Assembly (NCBI GenBank): GCA_001784175.1
Contig: MFPR01000041.1
Location: 62,001-121,448, forward strand
Length of the DNA: 59,448 nucleotides
Source: Candidatus Lindowbacteria bacterium RIFCSPLOWO2_12_FULL_62_27
Lineage (GTDB): Bacteria; Lindowbacteria; 2-12-FULL-62-27
Reading direction: 5' to 3'
The notes under the pieces are model-generated. The model searched no databases, was not told the origin of the DNA, and saw only the letters and a list, made by a program, of their open reading frames with translations. The translations under genes and the position numbers were made by a program. Below, in pieces: positions 41,201-48,736 of this stretch. Numbering within the stretch: the stretch's first letter is position 1; the number at the start of each line of letters is the position of its first letter.

Positions 41201-42836
41201 CCGATATATTTTTAACTACATTCAGTATCCCACCCCCGCGCCGTCCGGCATGGATTGGCTGATCGACGGGCTCAAGTACTATTCGGACGCGGAATTGAGC
41301 GATTTGTCCAAGGAATGCTCTCTGCCGGGATCGATCAAGACCATCCGCGGATGGTTGGAGGATCCGATGACGTCGACAGAAACGGTACGGTGGAGAATCA
41401 AAGGATTCAATTATTCGGATGCGAAGAAGGAGAAACTCCTCCTCGAGGTCGACGCGTGGGTCGCCACGGTGGATACATCGACCAAGGCCGCGTATGACGC
41501 GAAGGCCAAGGCGGCGAAAGAGGCCGAACAAGCGGCGATGGATGCCAAGATCGCCGACGTGACCGCCAAATCGGAGATGCGCATTTCGATCACGTCCCTG
41601 TATCAGAGCATATTGTACCGGGCGCCCACGGCGATGGAATTGGCAAACAACGAAGGATATTTTGCTTCTTTCGGTCTCGCCGATATCGCCAACAGTCTAT
41701 TGACGTCGGACGGATTCAAGAATCTATCCGCCGCCGAAAAAATTAAATCCCTGTACCGATTCATTCTGCGGAGAGACGCCGATGCGGACGGAACGGCGTA
41801 CTACGGCGCGTCGGGCAAGTCGACCGCTGAAATCGCCAAGGCTCTGTATGAAAGCGATGAACACAAAAAACTCGCGGAGGATAAAAAGACGCTTATCAAA
41901 GATGTGCTTACAAAGTACGGAGTCAATTTGAGCGCATCTTCCGCGGCAACGACAACTGCAATGACAACCGCTACAAGTTACACCCCGTCCGCAACGAACC
42001 TTGCCAAAGGCAAATCCGCGTCCGGCAGTGCGGCCTGCGGGACGAGCGAAGGCCCTGAAAAGGCGGTCAACGGAACGTCGAGCGGCGGCAATTCCGACAA
42101 ATGGTGTTCGCTCGCTGATCAAAAATATCTGGATGTCGATCTGGGCGCGTCCTATTCCATCACCGAATTTGTCGTCGCGCACGCGGGCGCGGGCAGCGAG
42201 GATGCGTCGTTCAACACGAAAGACTTCTCCTTCTCGGTCAGCGCGGACAAGACGACGTGGACGGACATTTTGACGGTGAGCGGAAACACAAGCAACGTAA
42301 CGAAACACGCGGTTCAGGGCACAGGACAATATGTCCGGTTGAACATCAAGACGCCGACCCAGACAACGGACAAAGCCGCGCGAATTTATGAGTTCGAAGT
42401 CAACGGCACGATTGTCCCGGCTGTGTCCAACCTCGCCAAAGGAAAAACAGCGACCGGCAGCGCCAGTTGCGCCTCGTCCGAAGGGCCCGAAAAGGCGGTC
42501 AACGGGAGCAAATCGGATAAATGGTGTTCGAAGGCGGATCAGAAATTTCTCGAGGTCGACCTCGGCGCGCCGTACTCCATCACGGAGTTTGTCGTCGCGC
42601 ACGCGGCCGAGGGCGGAGAGGGCTCGTCGTACAACACAAAAGATTTTAAAATCTCGGTCAGCGCGGACAAATCGTCTTGGACCGAGAGTGTCAACGTGAG
42701 CGGAAACACCAGCAATCTCACGAAACATGCGGTTACGAACACGACGGGCCAGTATGTTAAATTGACCATCACGACGCCGACCCAGACGGCGGACCCGGCC
42801 GCGCGCATTTACGAGTTTGAGGTGATCGGACGATGA
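32223..42836 (+). CDS. Giant 3537-aa secreted protein: five ~330-aa beta-rich repeats, helical region, Ig-like domains, DUF4214-like domain and two F5/8 type C (CBM32) domains
   Basis: Signal peptide ending PALA; repeats start GKW/GDW about every 990 nt; LYRFILRRDADADG; two NLAKGK.A..S...KWCS...VDLG...IYEFEV domains. Confidence 0.85.
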   Translation: MNRSRKRIRANRAPALLFLLLIAFPALAADITGRALVPLKDGSQAYVFLLNNYDRTRDGEIYVIVTSGGTRTAYKPQENILDAPAQKGSWGVKLRGDVQISMVEVVLYGNPPAPVSAPVLALPPALAGKWTLSDRMAGALTLKLEAEGDAAKGYTLTGKASVKDAGEFAVTGTWNPAKPSAPLIIETSNVFKQLLEGLLGQSYPADAFSLGEKITAIINLPTEWTAQLKKGIKSQDDLKAFSAGQVAVGIAVPFTLKIDPTKPAFNLMARINPVAKTVSLSLGAGQKWDKPFDFLPVSFDQIALTTDFKFESLNAKAAGNIEFFGLIPVDLDMITLKGMKPDLKLTIKPDVNILIGALGKLEIPVELKDIFLPVLNKLEFGTFNLGGLGDLGISGKLPSLKMDFKIKTLHFDRTFNLDMPEFSFRKPALFIAELGKIVLPELKANFDIILADLAFDGLIGKWTLADLSIDVGSIKVTAEGDPMAGYDLACAITVKDVGTMNAVGKWSPAAPLAPVTFHVDNIFKSAFEGLLGGAYPSEAFSLDEKIDVTVGLDPNWVEQLKKGSKGATTIKTGTYTLVAKMPFKLKLDPMKPMFNLTATIDAVAKTVAVGLDEGQKWDQPFDFLPVTFDKIDLTSDFKFESLNAKAAGNIEFFGAIPASLDMITLKGMKPDLKLTIKPDVNILIGALGKLDIPIELKDIFIPLLDKFEFGAFELGGIGDLGISGKLPSLKMDFKLKLPNFEHTFKLDMPEFNFRKPDLFTAELGKIVLPVLQANLPDITMGLALELATGKWPLVDLNIDLVKLKLDAEGDPTKGFTLDGVITVKDLGDFKVNGLWGKDDPSKVVFDVDNAAQSVLDATIGKAVPKDWFKMGDKITVTATLDKEWSDQLTKGAKAANPFDKGNFTVDISFPLTLKFDPTKDAFKLTAHIDPQAKTATIGLDAGQTWSDPFGYLPVTFTQIDMASDVKFSKIAMTSTADMTFIKPIPLKLDATIANGAVTNFKLIVTPPADFPSAVLNAMKIPGNLSLSLDDVKWALDEILKNIKMGEITISAPDFNAKVADIGLKFSVDLPSWKYDFDFKAPGVNLKNLDKFYVDFGNYVVPVLVANFDKITAGLIFKGIAGKWPLGDVDLGIASANLEAEGDPTKGYTLTGKITVVEAGDFTINGFWSPSTPLDPINFKADNLFKTAMDKRLDQLVPKDWIKLDEKINIKVGLSESWVNKLQRGGRADAKTPAAGGDKFTLEVSMPLKMILDPKKPPFNMTASYQPLNDVISLSLDDGQVWEKPLDILPVRFDKLALGADPSLTTLTVNTSGKLDFLVPCDVVLVMETKKGAAPSYTVNLKPAAGTNIVKAILDGRVPPASLALVNGLLPNTVVEEISVAMDATKSKPDIRLKFTMSKESLSQTFDILVKEADMSNSGDFSAKAAPQILDQLSGGTIGAATTELLDKLGLSGDWTIIDLNIASQLILKVNVKGSPAKGYDITSDIKPLVFDQFKLTGRWDPAKPADPVTLTADKNVFKPVFDKTIGKQLPTGWMVLKDELFVVITFPSAITDALTSGGSAGAGATTGADGIDMEIGFPMELKIDPTKEKRLDMIGSVLPMKSQAQLALAAGQVWDKPFGFVPATFNTFTAASDPSFTQITIHGEGTSDFLEGEKIDFKIDIVSVQGQKPTLEINATPTPGMAKAMMKKANIPASLQDCIATIELNKIDMSADFSSVINGVVPYCKLSFTLNHPLAGRLNIDVGLPAGDMKDPAGFAKTVAENVVSQLENIVSQVVGNVSKKLENAAKDPVGTAKDLANTAGNTAQDIAASTKDFFKDPGRNTVDLAKNAAKMAEDLGKQVVSNVTAKLEKIAEDPIGAAIEAAQAAYDAAVSVANSIADFFSDIGSAIVDFFGGGDDGPSDEEIAAQEAADKAKADAQKKLNDLYIEQMNKRIAEILRNADFENCKKAIAAATTMQEAEKIAYNDFQPAYSHLLNSDKTQLYEEVKKKAMSIAPPPSESMAWWRNKMSDAEIWWLDDGIKFIDGKEFPNNTWFSNVSGLSAADKAALKSEMKAKQPAKLLKWQTKYIRDYREGMDWAFTIQDVLNQIEWINNDIMNRLNQDQVADLKKYADAAIARVNAAWLEKFTDQINGASTEYRLYEVQSDMEISYNLTAPQKAVLKKKIAALLPNIKTQGPINAMRNMEKRIAEEMNFAVLKGLDERLTAGPLEMPFAANSVEDVITQIKLSHDDALDADLSVLSDDSKEILGGLIRQRIYSLRGIHDAVVNVQLKRISNMMLGSEIELLSYQIDGRAAPDLSYLGDDNKKKLRDEIQKRFNQAPIRQKAFDEMYLAIDNAATWADLTKLQDALSGKSVEGLPVILNLTELDIERLTERVTEKLDVINTELKKFRAGIAAATTNADIKSWKGKIDENKSLAADQKKALKDEADAKFAELAAKELKSMQDGITAATTSADISTWEWSIDNSDLLTADQKKTLKSQSKAKRIPLLISYPFDQTMDIANLNRWKGMLNGTAIDRYPVTLDYLKEPEVTMIKENILSLTADQKAGYLKTIEERLVIANKEREEYVAAAKAKTASLTKYAELVEHKDHIKTSSGLPDDIKATLTGEVDVKIQSLFGAELDGYMATFRSALVDADGMSSEKRTLRLKAIEDYLNGYYASLTGLPNIKFMTADQIAMMKKEVALAKNPPSATDRAAVVKKYTDAIAAAKDEAAIKTLKAQIESDSTLLWSDKYPLIGSINAKTVMKLTMPENVKVGKEIRLNISGGWAPFKYELERNRSGASFVGDVYKTGSFATAMNEMGNIIVVTDATGQTQKANVRTIAGITVSPSGKTSVMAGGSITFTAPGGVGTPSFSLDPNNSNGFINEQTGVYTAGTGKSNVEDGIKARDFDFNSDVVTVFVYPKPTAQVSDDRAKTFRDRLAAANSVEAAELVKTELNADTLLTQEKKAELIKEADARASLPDLKEKAQKEALANFPKKLKDWIATESSADRLDVVGRYIFNYIQYPTPAPSGMDWLIDGLKYYSDAELSDLSKECSLPGSIKTIRGWLEDPMTSTETVRWRIKGFNYSDAKKEKLLLEVDAWVATVDTSTKAAYDAKAKAAKEAEQAAMDAKIADVTAKSEMRISITSLYQSILYRAPTAMELANNEGYFASFGLADIANSLLTSDGFKNLSAAEKIKSLYRFILRRDADADGTAYYGASGKSTAEIAKALYESDEHKKLAEDKKTLIKDVLTKYGVNLSASSAATTTAMTTATSYTPSATNLAKGKSASGSAACGTSEGPEKAVNGTSSGGNSDKWCSLADQKYLDVDLGASYSITEFVVAHAGAGSEDASFNTKDFSFSVSADKTTWTDILTVSGNTSNVTKHAVQGTGQYVRLNIKTPTQTTDKAARIYEFEVNGTIVPAVSNLAKGKTATGSASCASSEGPEKAVNGSKSDKWCSKADQKFLEVDLGAPYSITEFVVAHAAEGGEGSSYNTKDFKISVSADKSSWTESVNVSGNTSNLTKHAVTNTTGQYVKLTITTPTQTADPAARIYEFEVIGR

Positions 42837-43768
42837 GGCGCCGGATTCTCGTCGCGGCCGTCGCGCTTATGGTGCCGTATTCCGCGTGGGCGGGATCGCG
42901 CGCCAAAGACGCCGCAACCCCTTTCGGCGGGAACAAGAACCCCACGAAGGCGGATGTTGTGCGCGTCGTCGGCGACGCGACGCGCAAGACGGCGGCGGGG
43001 ATGACGGACAAACTGGCCGGCGACTACAGCGCCTTTCTCGTGGGGGCGGCGAACGTGATGGATGACAGAAGAATCGTCAAGCCCGCCTATCGCGACGTGT
43101 TTCTCTCCACGCAAAAAGATACGGTGATCAACGCGATGCTGAATTCCTACGACACCTTCGCCGCCGCCACGCTGTCGGCGTGGATGAAAAAGGCGCCGGG
43201 ACTTCGGTGGACGGTTTCCACCGCGCTCCAATCGGAACGCGACCGCCTCGTGGACTTTTTCCTTCAGGAACCCGAGTTGATCATCCGAGTTGCGCGTTCC
43301 GTCCAGTCCTCGCGCGCAAAAGCGGGACTCCATCCGGATTCAGTGCCGGACGTCATCCGAACGAAAGTGGATGAAGCCGCCGCGGCGGACACGCAGGAGA
43401 ACTTCACGCGCCTGCTCTACCGCGCCGCCGCGCTCGGCGACACGGAAGTTGGGCGGGCGATCCGCGGGCGAGTCCGGAGACTTGCGACGGACCTGACGGA
43501 CGGCCTGACGGCCGCCTACGTCAAATTCCGCGTGGAGTTCGACGCGACGCTGACCGAAAACAAAATCACCGACACCGCCGTGCGCGGTTCACTGTTTCGC
43601 CCGAAAAGGGCCGACGTTCTCGCCGCGCTGATGAAACAATACGACGCCTTCGCCGCCAAAACCCAATCCGCCTTCAAAGCCGCCGGCCCGGCCGTCCGGA
43701 GCGCGGTCGCGGACGAGCTTGCCGCCACGCGCGAGAAGTTCAACGCGACGTTCAAGGCCGAACAATGA
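42833..43768 (+). CDS. Secreted alpha-helical protein with internal duplication (paralog A)
   Basis: Signal peptide; two copies of Y..F.V......KI.....R..........ML..YD.FA; ATGA overlap with the upstream gene. Confidence 0.7.
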   Translation: MRRRILVAAVALMVPYSAWAGSRAKDAATPFGGNKNPTKADVVRVVGDATRKTAAGMTDKLAGDYSAFLVGAANVMDDRRIVKPAYRDVFLSTQKDTVINAMLNSYDTFAAATLSAWMKKAPGLRWTVSTALQSERDRLVDFFLQEPELIIRVARSVQSSRAKAGLHPDSVPDVIRTKVDEAAAADTQENFTRLLYRAAALGDTEVGRAIRGRVRRLATDLTDGLTAAYVKFRVEFDATLTENKITDTAVRGSLFRPKRADVLAALMKQYDAFAAKTQSAFKAAGPAVRSAVADELAATREKFNATFKAEQ

Positions 43769-44379
43769 AATATTCTCGAAAAGTCCCAACGGAAAAATCC
43801 ATGATCATGCGCCCTGTCACCGCTGAGATCGAGCGGCGGATTTTTACGATTCGCGGGCGGAGGGTGATGCTGGACGCCGATCTGGCGAAAGTGTATGGGG
43901 TGACCACGGCCAGATTGAACGAGCAGGTGAAGCGGAATCCCGATCGATTCCCGCCGGATTTGGTGTTCCAAATCACGCGCCGGGAGTGGGCTGTTTTGAT
44001 ATCGCAATTTGCGACATCAAAGATCCGCGGCGGCCGCAGAAAACTTCCTTATGTGTTCACAAAAGATGGAGCGGTGATGATCGCAACTGTCCTCAAGAGT
44101 CCACGTGCAGCCATGGTCACACTGCAGGTTGTACGGGCTTTTAATCGCATGCAGGCCATTTTGGATACGCATGCGGACATCGGCATCAAGATACGAGAAC
44201 TCGAAAAGACCATCAGCCGGAAGTTCCGAAAACATGAAAAGTCCATCGAGATTATTTTTGGCGCGCTGAATCAATTGATGAACCCGCCCCAAACGCCCGT
44301 CGTCGGGTTTGTCGTTGACGGGGGCGACAAAGACAATTCCTCTCTTGGACGAAGAGACCGGAGGCGAAAATCCAAATGA
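43765..44379 (+). CDS. ORF6N-domain DNA-binding protein
   Basis: IRGRRVMLDADLAKVYGVTTARLNEQVKRNPDRFP, GGRRKLPYVFT and a C-terminal coiled coil ending in VGF. Confidence 0.9.
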   Translation: MKYSRKVPTEKSMIMRPVTAEIERRIFTIRGRRVMLDADLAKVYGVTTARLNEQVKRNPDRFPPDLVFQITRREWAVLISQFATSKIRGGRRKLPYVFTKDGAVMIATVLKSPRAAMVTLQVVRAFNRMQAILDTHADIGIKIRELEKTISRKFRKHEKSIEIIFGALNQLMNPPQTPVVGFVVDGGDKDNSSLGRRDRRRKSK

Positions 44380-45320
44380 ACAGACATAGCTGGTTGCTGG
44401 GTCGACGGGGTCATTCTGACACTTTGACACTTTCGACTGCGGTGCTCATCCTGTCGTTGATCGTGCTGACCGGCGCTCCGGCTCTGGCGGCGGATTCCGC
44501 GCGGGAGTTGCGCGACCTCGTGACCGGGACGCAAAACTCCGCGACCGCGCTTGCGGACAAGACGGCGGAGGACTTCCTCGCTTATCTCGTCCGCGTGAAC
44601 GCGTCGCTGGACGAAAAGAAAATCACGAAGCCCGAACACCGCGCGGCGGTGATCGCCCCGGCGGCGAACGAGCTGGCGGACTCGATGCTCGCCGAGTTCG
44701 ATGCGTTCGGCGTGAAACTGCTCGCCGGGTGGCGCAAGAAAGCTCCGCAGTTGTCTCCAATCGTATCGGAGATGCTGGACGACGAAGCGGACCGCCTGAC
44801 CGAGTTTCTCCGTGCCGATCCGATGATGTTGGTCAGCCGCGCCGCGCGCACGTCGCGGTTGAGGGTTCAGGAACCGATCCGGCAGGGCATGGAATCGATG
44901 GCCGCCGCGGTGGAAGCTGCCGATTCGGGCCCGGGATTCATGCGGCGGCTTCAGCGCGCTCAGATCGTGGGCGACCGCGAAGTCGCCCGCGTGGTGCGGC
45001 GACGCGTGGGCCGGGAGGCGCAAAAGGTCGGAGACCGGATCGCGGACGCGTACCTGACATTTTTCCTCGCGTCGCAGAAATCATTGAATGAGTCGGCCAT
45101 CTACGACAGCGCCGCCCGCCGGTCGATCCTCGAGCCGCAATCCAAAGCCGTGTCCGACTCGATGCTCGCCGACTTCGATGCCTTCACTGTCGCGACCAAG
45201 CAGGCCTTCGCGGGCGCCGGCGAGATCGTCCCGGTCGCCGCAACCGCCGCGCTGGACGAGGGCGAAACGCCCGACGGGAGCAACATCCGGCGTGCGCTGG
45301 ACATGCAGGCGAAAAGGTGA
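44376..45320 (+). CDS. Secreted alpha-helical protein with internal duplication (paralog B)
   Basis: Colinear with 42833-43768 (e.g. KKAPGL/KKAPQL, DRLVDFF/DRLTEFL, LGDTEVGR/VGDREVAR). Confidence 0.7.
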   Translation: MNRHSWLLGRRGHSDTLTLSTAVLILSLIVLTGAPALAADSARELRDLVTGTQNSATALADKTAEDFLAYLVRVNASLDEKKITKPEHRAAVIAPAANELADSMLAEFDAFGVKLLAGWRKKAPQLSPIVSEMLDDEADRLTEFLRADPMMLVSRAARTSRLRVQEPIRQGMESMAAAVEAADSGPGFMRRLQRAQIVGDREVARVVRRRVGREAQKVGDRIADAYLTFFLASQKSLNESAIYDSAARRSILEPQSKAVSDSMLADFDAFTVATKQAFAGAGEIVPVAATAALDEGETPDGSNIRRALDMQAKR

Positions 45321-45327
45321 AGACGCG

Positions 45328-46086
45328 ATGAGGCCGGCGATCCTTCGCGCGCCTGTTTCAGCCCTTCTCCTCGCCGGCGGATTCGTCTTGTTCGGACTCG
45401 CCCGCAGCGCGGACGCGGCCATGGCCATGCCGGCGTCCGGAGGCAGGCCGGGCTTAGGCCGGGGTGCGCTGATCCTTTCCAGCCTCGCCCCGTTTGCCGA
45501 GCCGGCCGGGGACGAGGGCGCGATGTATCTCGTGAGCGCCGGTCCGATCAAGCCGGGCGTGACCCTCGGCCCGGACTCCCGGCCCATCACGCTTATGGCT
45601 GCGCAGGCCGTTGGCGTGGCCCGCGCGACGGGCAATCCCAAGGCATACACCATCCAGCCCGGCGAATTCACGTTCAATACGGAGGGCGCGATCAGCAAGG
45701 CGTTTGGGGACGCCGTCATTTCCTTCGTCGACGCCGCAGGCCAATCGTCCCTGGTCTTCGATGGGACCGAAATCGTGGCGCTTGCGATCGTTCCGGTATC
45801 GGCCGGCGCGGCGCAATATCAGGAAAAGCTGAATAACACGAAGGCGATCGCGGCGCATCCGGAGAACGACCCGGTCACCGTGACGATGACCCCCTTCGTC
45901 CAGCCCGGCGGGAATACCTTCGTGTTCTCGAACATCACCGTCACCTACGCCGGCGTGGAGTTCTTGAGAAAACACGAGTGGTCCGTGTCGCTGAGAATTT
46001 TCGGCGGCCTGAACCTGAAACTGATCGCCGAGACCCCGCCAAACTCGCTCAAATTCATCTTCCTCCCGGGAGAGCCCCAGCCGTGA
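45328..46086 (+). CDS. Hypothetical secreted beta-rich protein
   Basis: ATG 7 nt after the previous stop; signal-peptide-like N-terminus. Confidence 0.65.
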   Translation: MRPAILRAPVSALLLAGGFVLFGLARSADAAMAMPASGGRPGLGRGALILSSLAPFAEPAGDEGAMYLVSAGPIKPGVTLGPDSRPITLMAAQAVGVARATGNPKAYTIQPGEFTFNTEGAISKAFGDAVISFVDAAGQSSLVFDGTEIVALAIVPVSAGAAQYQEKLNNTKAIAAHPENDPVTVTMTPFVQPGGNTFVFSNITVTYAGVEFLRKHEWSVSLRIFGGLNLKLIAETPPNSLKFIFLPGEPQP

Positions 46087-46252
46087 AGAGGACATTCGCG
46101 TCGTTTTCTCGGAGCGATTGTAACAAAGCGGCGTCCTCTGCATTCCCCGCGGCGAATTTTTGAGGACGATTCATCCCCTCAAGAAATTGACTCCTTCGGG
46201 AACTCGACAACCTCAGCCCGGCGATGATATGTAAGGTCTTGAGCATGGAAGC

Positions 46253-46294
46253 GAGCCCGTAGCTCAGTCGGTAGAGCAGCGGCCTTTTAAGCCG
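46253..46294 (+). pseudogene. 5' half of tRNA-Lys(UUU), truncated after the anticodon arm
   Basis: GAGCCCG-TA-GCTCAGTCGGTAGAGC-A-GCGGC-CTTTTAA-GCCG gives the acceptor 5' strand, D arm and anticodon arm. No T arm or 3' acceptor strand follows. Confidence 0.8.
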
Positions 46295-46336
46295 AGTCCG
46301 TGTATCTGAATATCCAGGCAGCGCGACTATAATCCT

Positions 46337-46365
46337 TTGACATGCCCCTGGGAGTAGGTTACAAT
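46337..46365 (+). promoter_or_regulatory. Sigma70-type promoter upstream of the AAA ATPase
   Basis: TTGACA (46337-46342), 17-nt spacer, TACAAT (46360-46365). Confidence 0.75.
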
Positions 46366-46397
46366 CTGGATATGTCAATTCCAATTTGCGAGACAAA

Positions 46398-47558
46398 ATG
46401 GAAGTAATCAACCGATTCGTGTCAGAAGCCGGGCAGAGCTTTTTCCTGTTCGGTCCGCGGGGAACGGGGAAGTCCACATGGGTCAGGCGGCGGTTCGGCG
46501 CCGCGCTTCGAATCGACCTTCTCGCGCCGGACGTTTTCCGCGAGTACAGCGCCCGGCCGGAACGCTTAAGAGAGCTGGCCGCGGGGAACCCCCGCGCCCG
46601 GGTGATCGTCATCGACGAGGTCCAGAAAGTCCCTGATCTCTTGGGCGTTGTTCACGGGTTGATCGAGGAAAAGCGGGGCCTGCGTTTCGTGCTGACGGGA
46701 TCCAGTTCCCGAAAACTGAAACGCTCCGGCGTGGATCTCATGGCCGGCCGCGCCGTCATCCGGACGATCCACCCGTTCATGGCGGCGGAACTCGACAACC
46801 GGTTTCATTTTGAAAAGGCGCTCCGGATCGGACTTCTGCCCCTGGTCTGGAACTCACCGGATCCCGCGGAGGTTTTGAAAACCTACGCCGCCCTGTACGT
46901 CCGGGAAGAGGTCCAGATGGAGGGATTGGTTCGCAACGTCGGGAATTTTTCCCGGTTCCTGGAAGCGGTCAGTTTCAGTCATGCTGCGATTCTGAATATC
47001 AGCAACCTGTCCCGGGAATGCGGGGTCGAGCGCAAGACCGTTGAGGGCTATGTATCGATCCTGGAGGATTTGCTGTTGGGATTTCGCCTGCCGGTTTTTA
47101 CTAAACGCGCCCGCCGGGCGGTGAGCATGCATCCCAAATTCTTTTTGTTCGACGCCGGCGTGTTTCGGTCCTTGCGGCCCACCGGCCCTCTTGATCGGCC
47201 GGCGGAAATCGACGGCGCCGCCCTGGAGGGACTGGTGGCCCAGCATCTGCGGGCCTGGATCGATTACCGGCGCGCCCGAAATCAGCTTTTTTTCTGGCGA
47301 AGCCGCGCCGGTCTCGAGGTCGATTTCGTCGTGTATGGCCCGGACGGCTTCCTGGCGATCGAAGTTAAAAATACTAACCGGATTCGCCCGGAGGATTTGC
47401 GCGGCCTGAAGAGCTTCAAAGACGAATATCCGCAAAGCCAAGCCATCCTTTTGTATCGCGGAACAGAGCGATTGAAACAAGGCGGCGTCCTCTGCCTTCC
47501 ATGCGATGAATTTTTGAGCGGGATTCACCCCCACAAAAAATTGATGACGGCGACATGA
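46398..47558 (+). CDS. AAA_14 ATPase with DUF4143 / PD-(D/E)xK-like C-terminus
   Basis: GPRGTGKST, VIDEVQK, LTGSS, PKFFLFDAG, WRSRAGLEVDF, AIEVK. Confidence 0.92.
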   Translation: MEVINRFVSEAGQSFFLFGPRGTGKSTWVRRRFGAALRIDLLAPDVFREYSARPERLRELAAGNPRARVIVIDEVQKVPDLLGVVHGLIEEKRGLRFVLTGSSSRKLKRSGVDLMAGRAVIRTIHPFMAAELDNRFHFEKALRIGLLPLVWNSPDPAEVLKTYAALYVREEVQMEGLVRNVGNFSRFLEAVSFSHAAILNISNLSRECGVERKTVEGYVSILEDLLLGFRLPVFTKRARRAVSMHPKFFLFDAGVFRSLRPTGPLDRPAEIDGAALEGLVAQHLRAWIDYRRARNQLFFWRSRAGLEVDFVVYGPDGFLAIEVKNTNRIRPEDLRGLKSFKDEYPQSQAILLYRGTERLKQGGVLCLPCDEFLSGIHPHKKLMTAT

Positions 47559-48736
47559 GGGCGGTCAAGGGTCAGGTCGAACTGGTCGTCCGGATGTGCC
47601 GGAAGGTCTTGGCGAAGGAAAGCGTCCACGGGCAATTGATGGAAATTTGCCGGGAAATTCGAAGACATTTCGGATTTTCGCGCGTGGTCATTTTTCTCGT
47701 CGATGAAGTCTTGCGCCAGATTCGCGGCGCGGCGGGCAGCGGTCTGCGGCTGACCTACATCCGCAGTCAGGCGTTTCCGATCGAGAACCGCGGGGGGATC
47801 GAAATCCCCAACGCGATTTCGCGGTGCGCGGCGACCGGGAGGCCGGAGACCTGCCGGCTCCGGATTGCCGACGCCGGGTATCGAAAATTTGTGCGCGGAA
47901 AATCGCCCTTGAACAGAACCTACGCGAAAGAATACGCGCTTCTGCCCCTCAAGGTTCGGGGCCGGACATTTGCGGTGATCGCGGTGTCGGTCATGGAGGG
48001 GGAAGGCACGCTCACGGACGAAACCGTCGCCACGCTTGCGTCATTCGCCGATTTCGTGTCGCTCGTGATTCTGCAGGCGAAGGAATTGCAGGAGCGGCGG
48101 CGGCTGGAGCGGGAGATCGAGTCGGTCAGCGAGCAGATCCAGCGCCGGCTGGGCCAGGATTTCCATGATGGCCTTGGCCAGGACCTCACCGGCATCCGCA
48201 TGCGCGCGGAGCTGATGGAGGAGCGCCTGAACGGCGTGTCGGCCGAGGCCGCGGCCGACGCACAACGAATTGTCAAGTTGGCCAGGCAGGCCGTCGAACG
48301 CGCGAGAAAATTGTCACGGGGGTTGTATCCGGTGACGCTCGAACGGCATGGACTCCTGTCGGCGCTACAGGAGCTGGCGGACAGCGCGACGCTGATGTAC
48401 GGCATTCGATGTTCGGTGTCGGCTCCGCGGAGAATCGACATTCGCAAGAGCACAACCGCCATTCAGCTTTACCGGATCGCCCAGGAATCGGTGCACAACG
48501 CCGTCAAGCATGGCCGGGCGGGCCGCGTGACCGTTGGACTGTTACGGCGGAAAGGCCGCGGCGTACTCGAGATCACAGATGACGGCACGGGCTTCGACAC
48601 ACACACAAAATCCACGGGCATGGGGTTGAATGTCATGCGCCACCGGGCTGAACTCATCGACGGCGAACTGCGCATCCGCGCGATGCGGCCGTCCGGCACT
48701 CGGGTGCTGTGCCGGTTCCCTCTGCCATCCAAATGA
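47555..48736 (+). CDS. GAF-domain sensor histidine kinase (HisKA_3)
   Basis: GQDFHDGLGQ H-box, QESVHNAVKH, DDGTGF, GMGL; N-terminal GAF-like region. Confidence 0.9.
   Translation: MRAVKGQVELVVRMCRKVLAKESVHGQLMEICREIRRHFGFSRVVIFLVDEVLRQIRGAAGSGLRLTYIRSQAFPIENRGGIEIPNAISRCAATGRPETCRLRIADAGYRKFVRGKSPLNRTYAKEYALLPLKVRGRTFAVIAVSVMEGEGTLTDETVATLASFADFVSLVILQAKELQERRRLEREIESVSEQIQRRLGQDFHDGLGQDLTGIRMRAELMEERLNGVSAEAAADAQRIVKLARQAVERARKLSRGLYPVTLERHGLLSALQELADSATLMYGIRCSVSAPRRIDIRKSTTAIQLYRIAQESVHNAVKHGRAGRVTVGLLRRKGRGVLEITDDGTGFDTHTKSTGMGLNVMRHRAELIDGELRIRAMRPSGTRVLCRFPLPSK

Noticed and set aside
43765..44379. Prophage, suggested by ORF6N
   Set aside because: No integrase, structural, terminase or replication genes in the window.
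46253..46330. Complete functional tRNA-Lys
   Set aside because: No T-arm (GTTCRA) and no 3' strand complementary to GAGCCCG.
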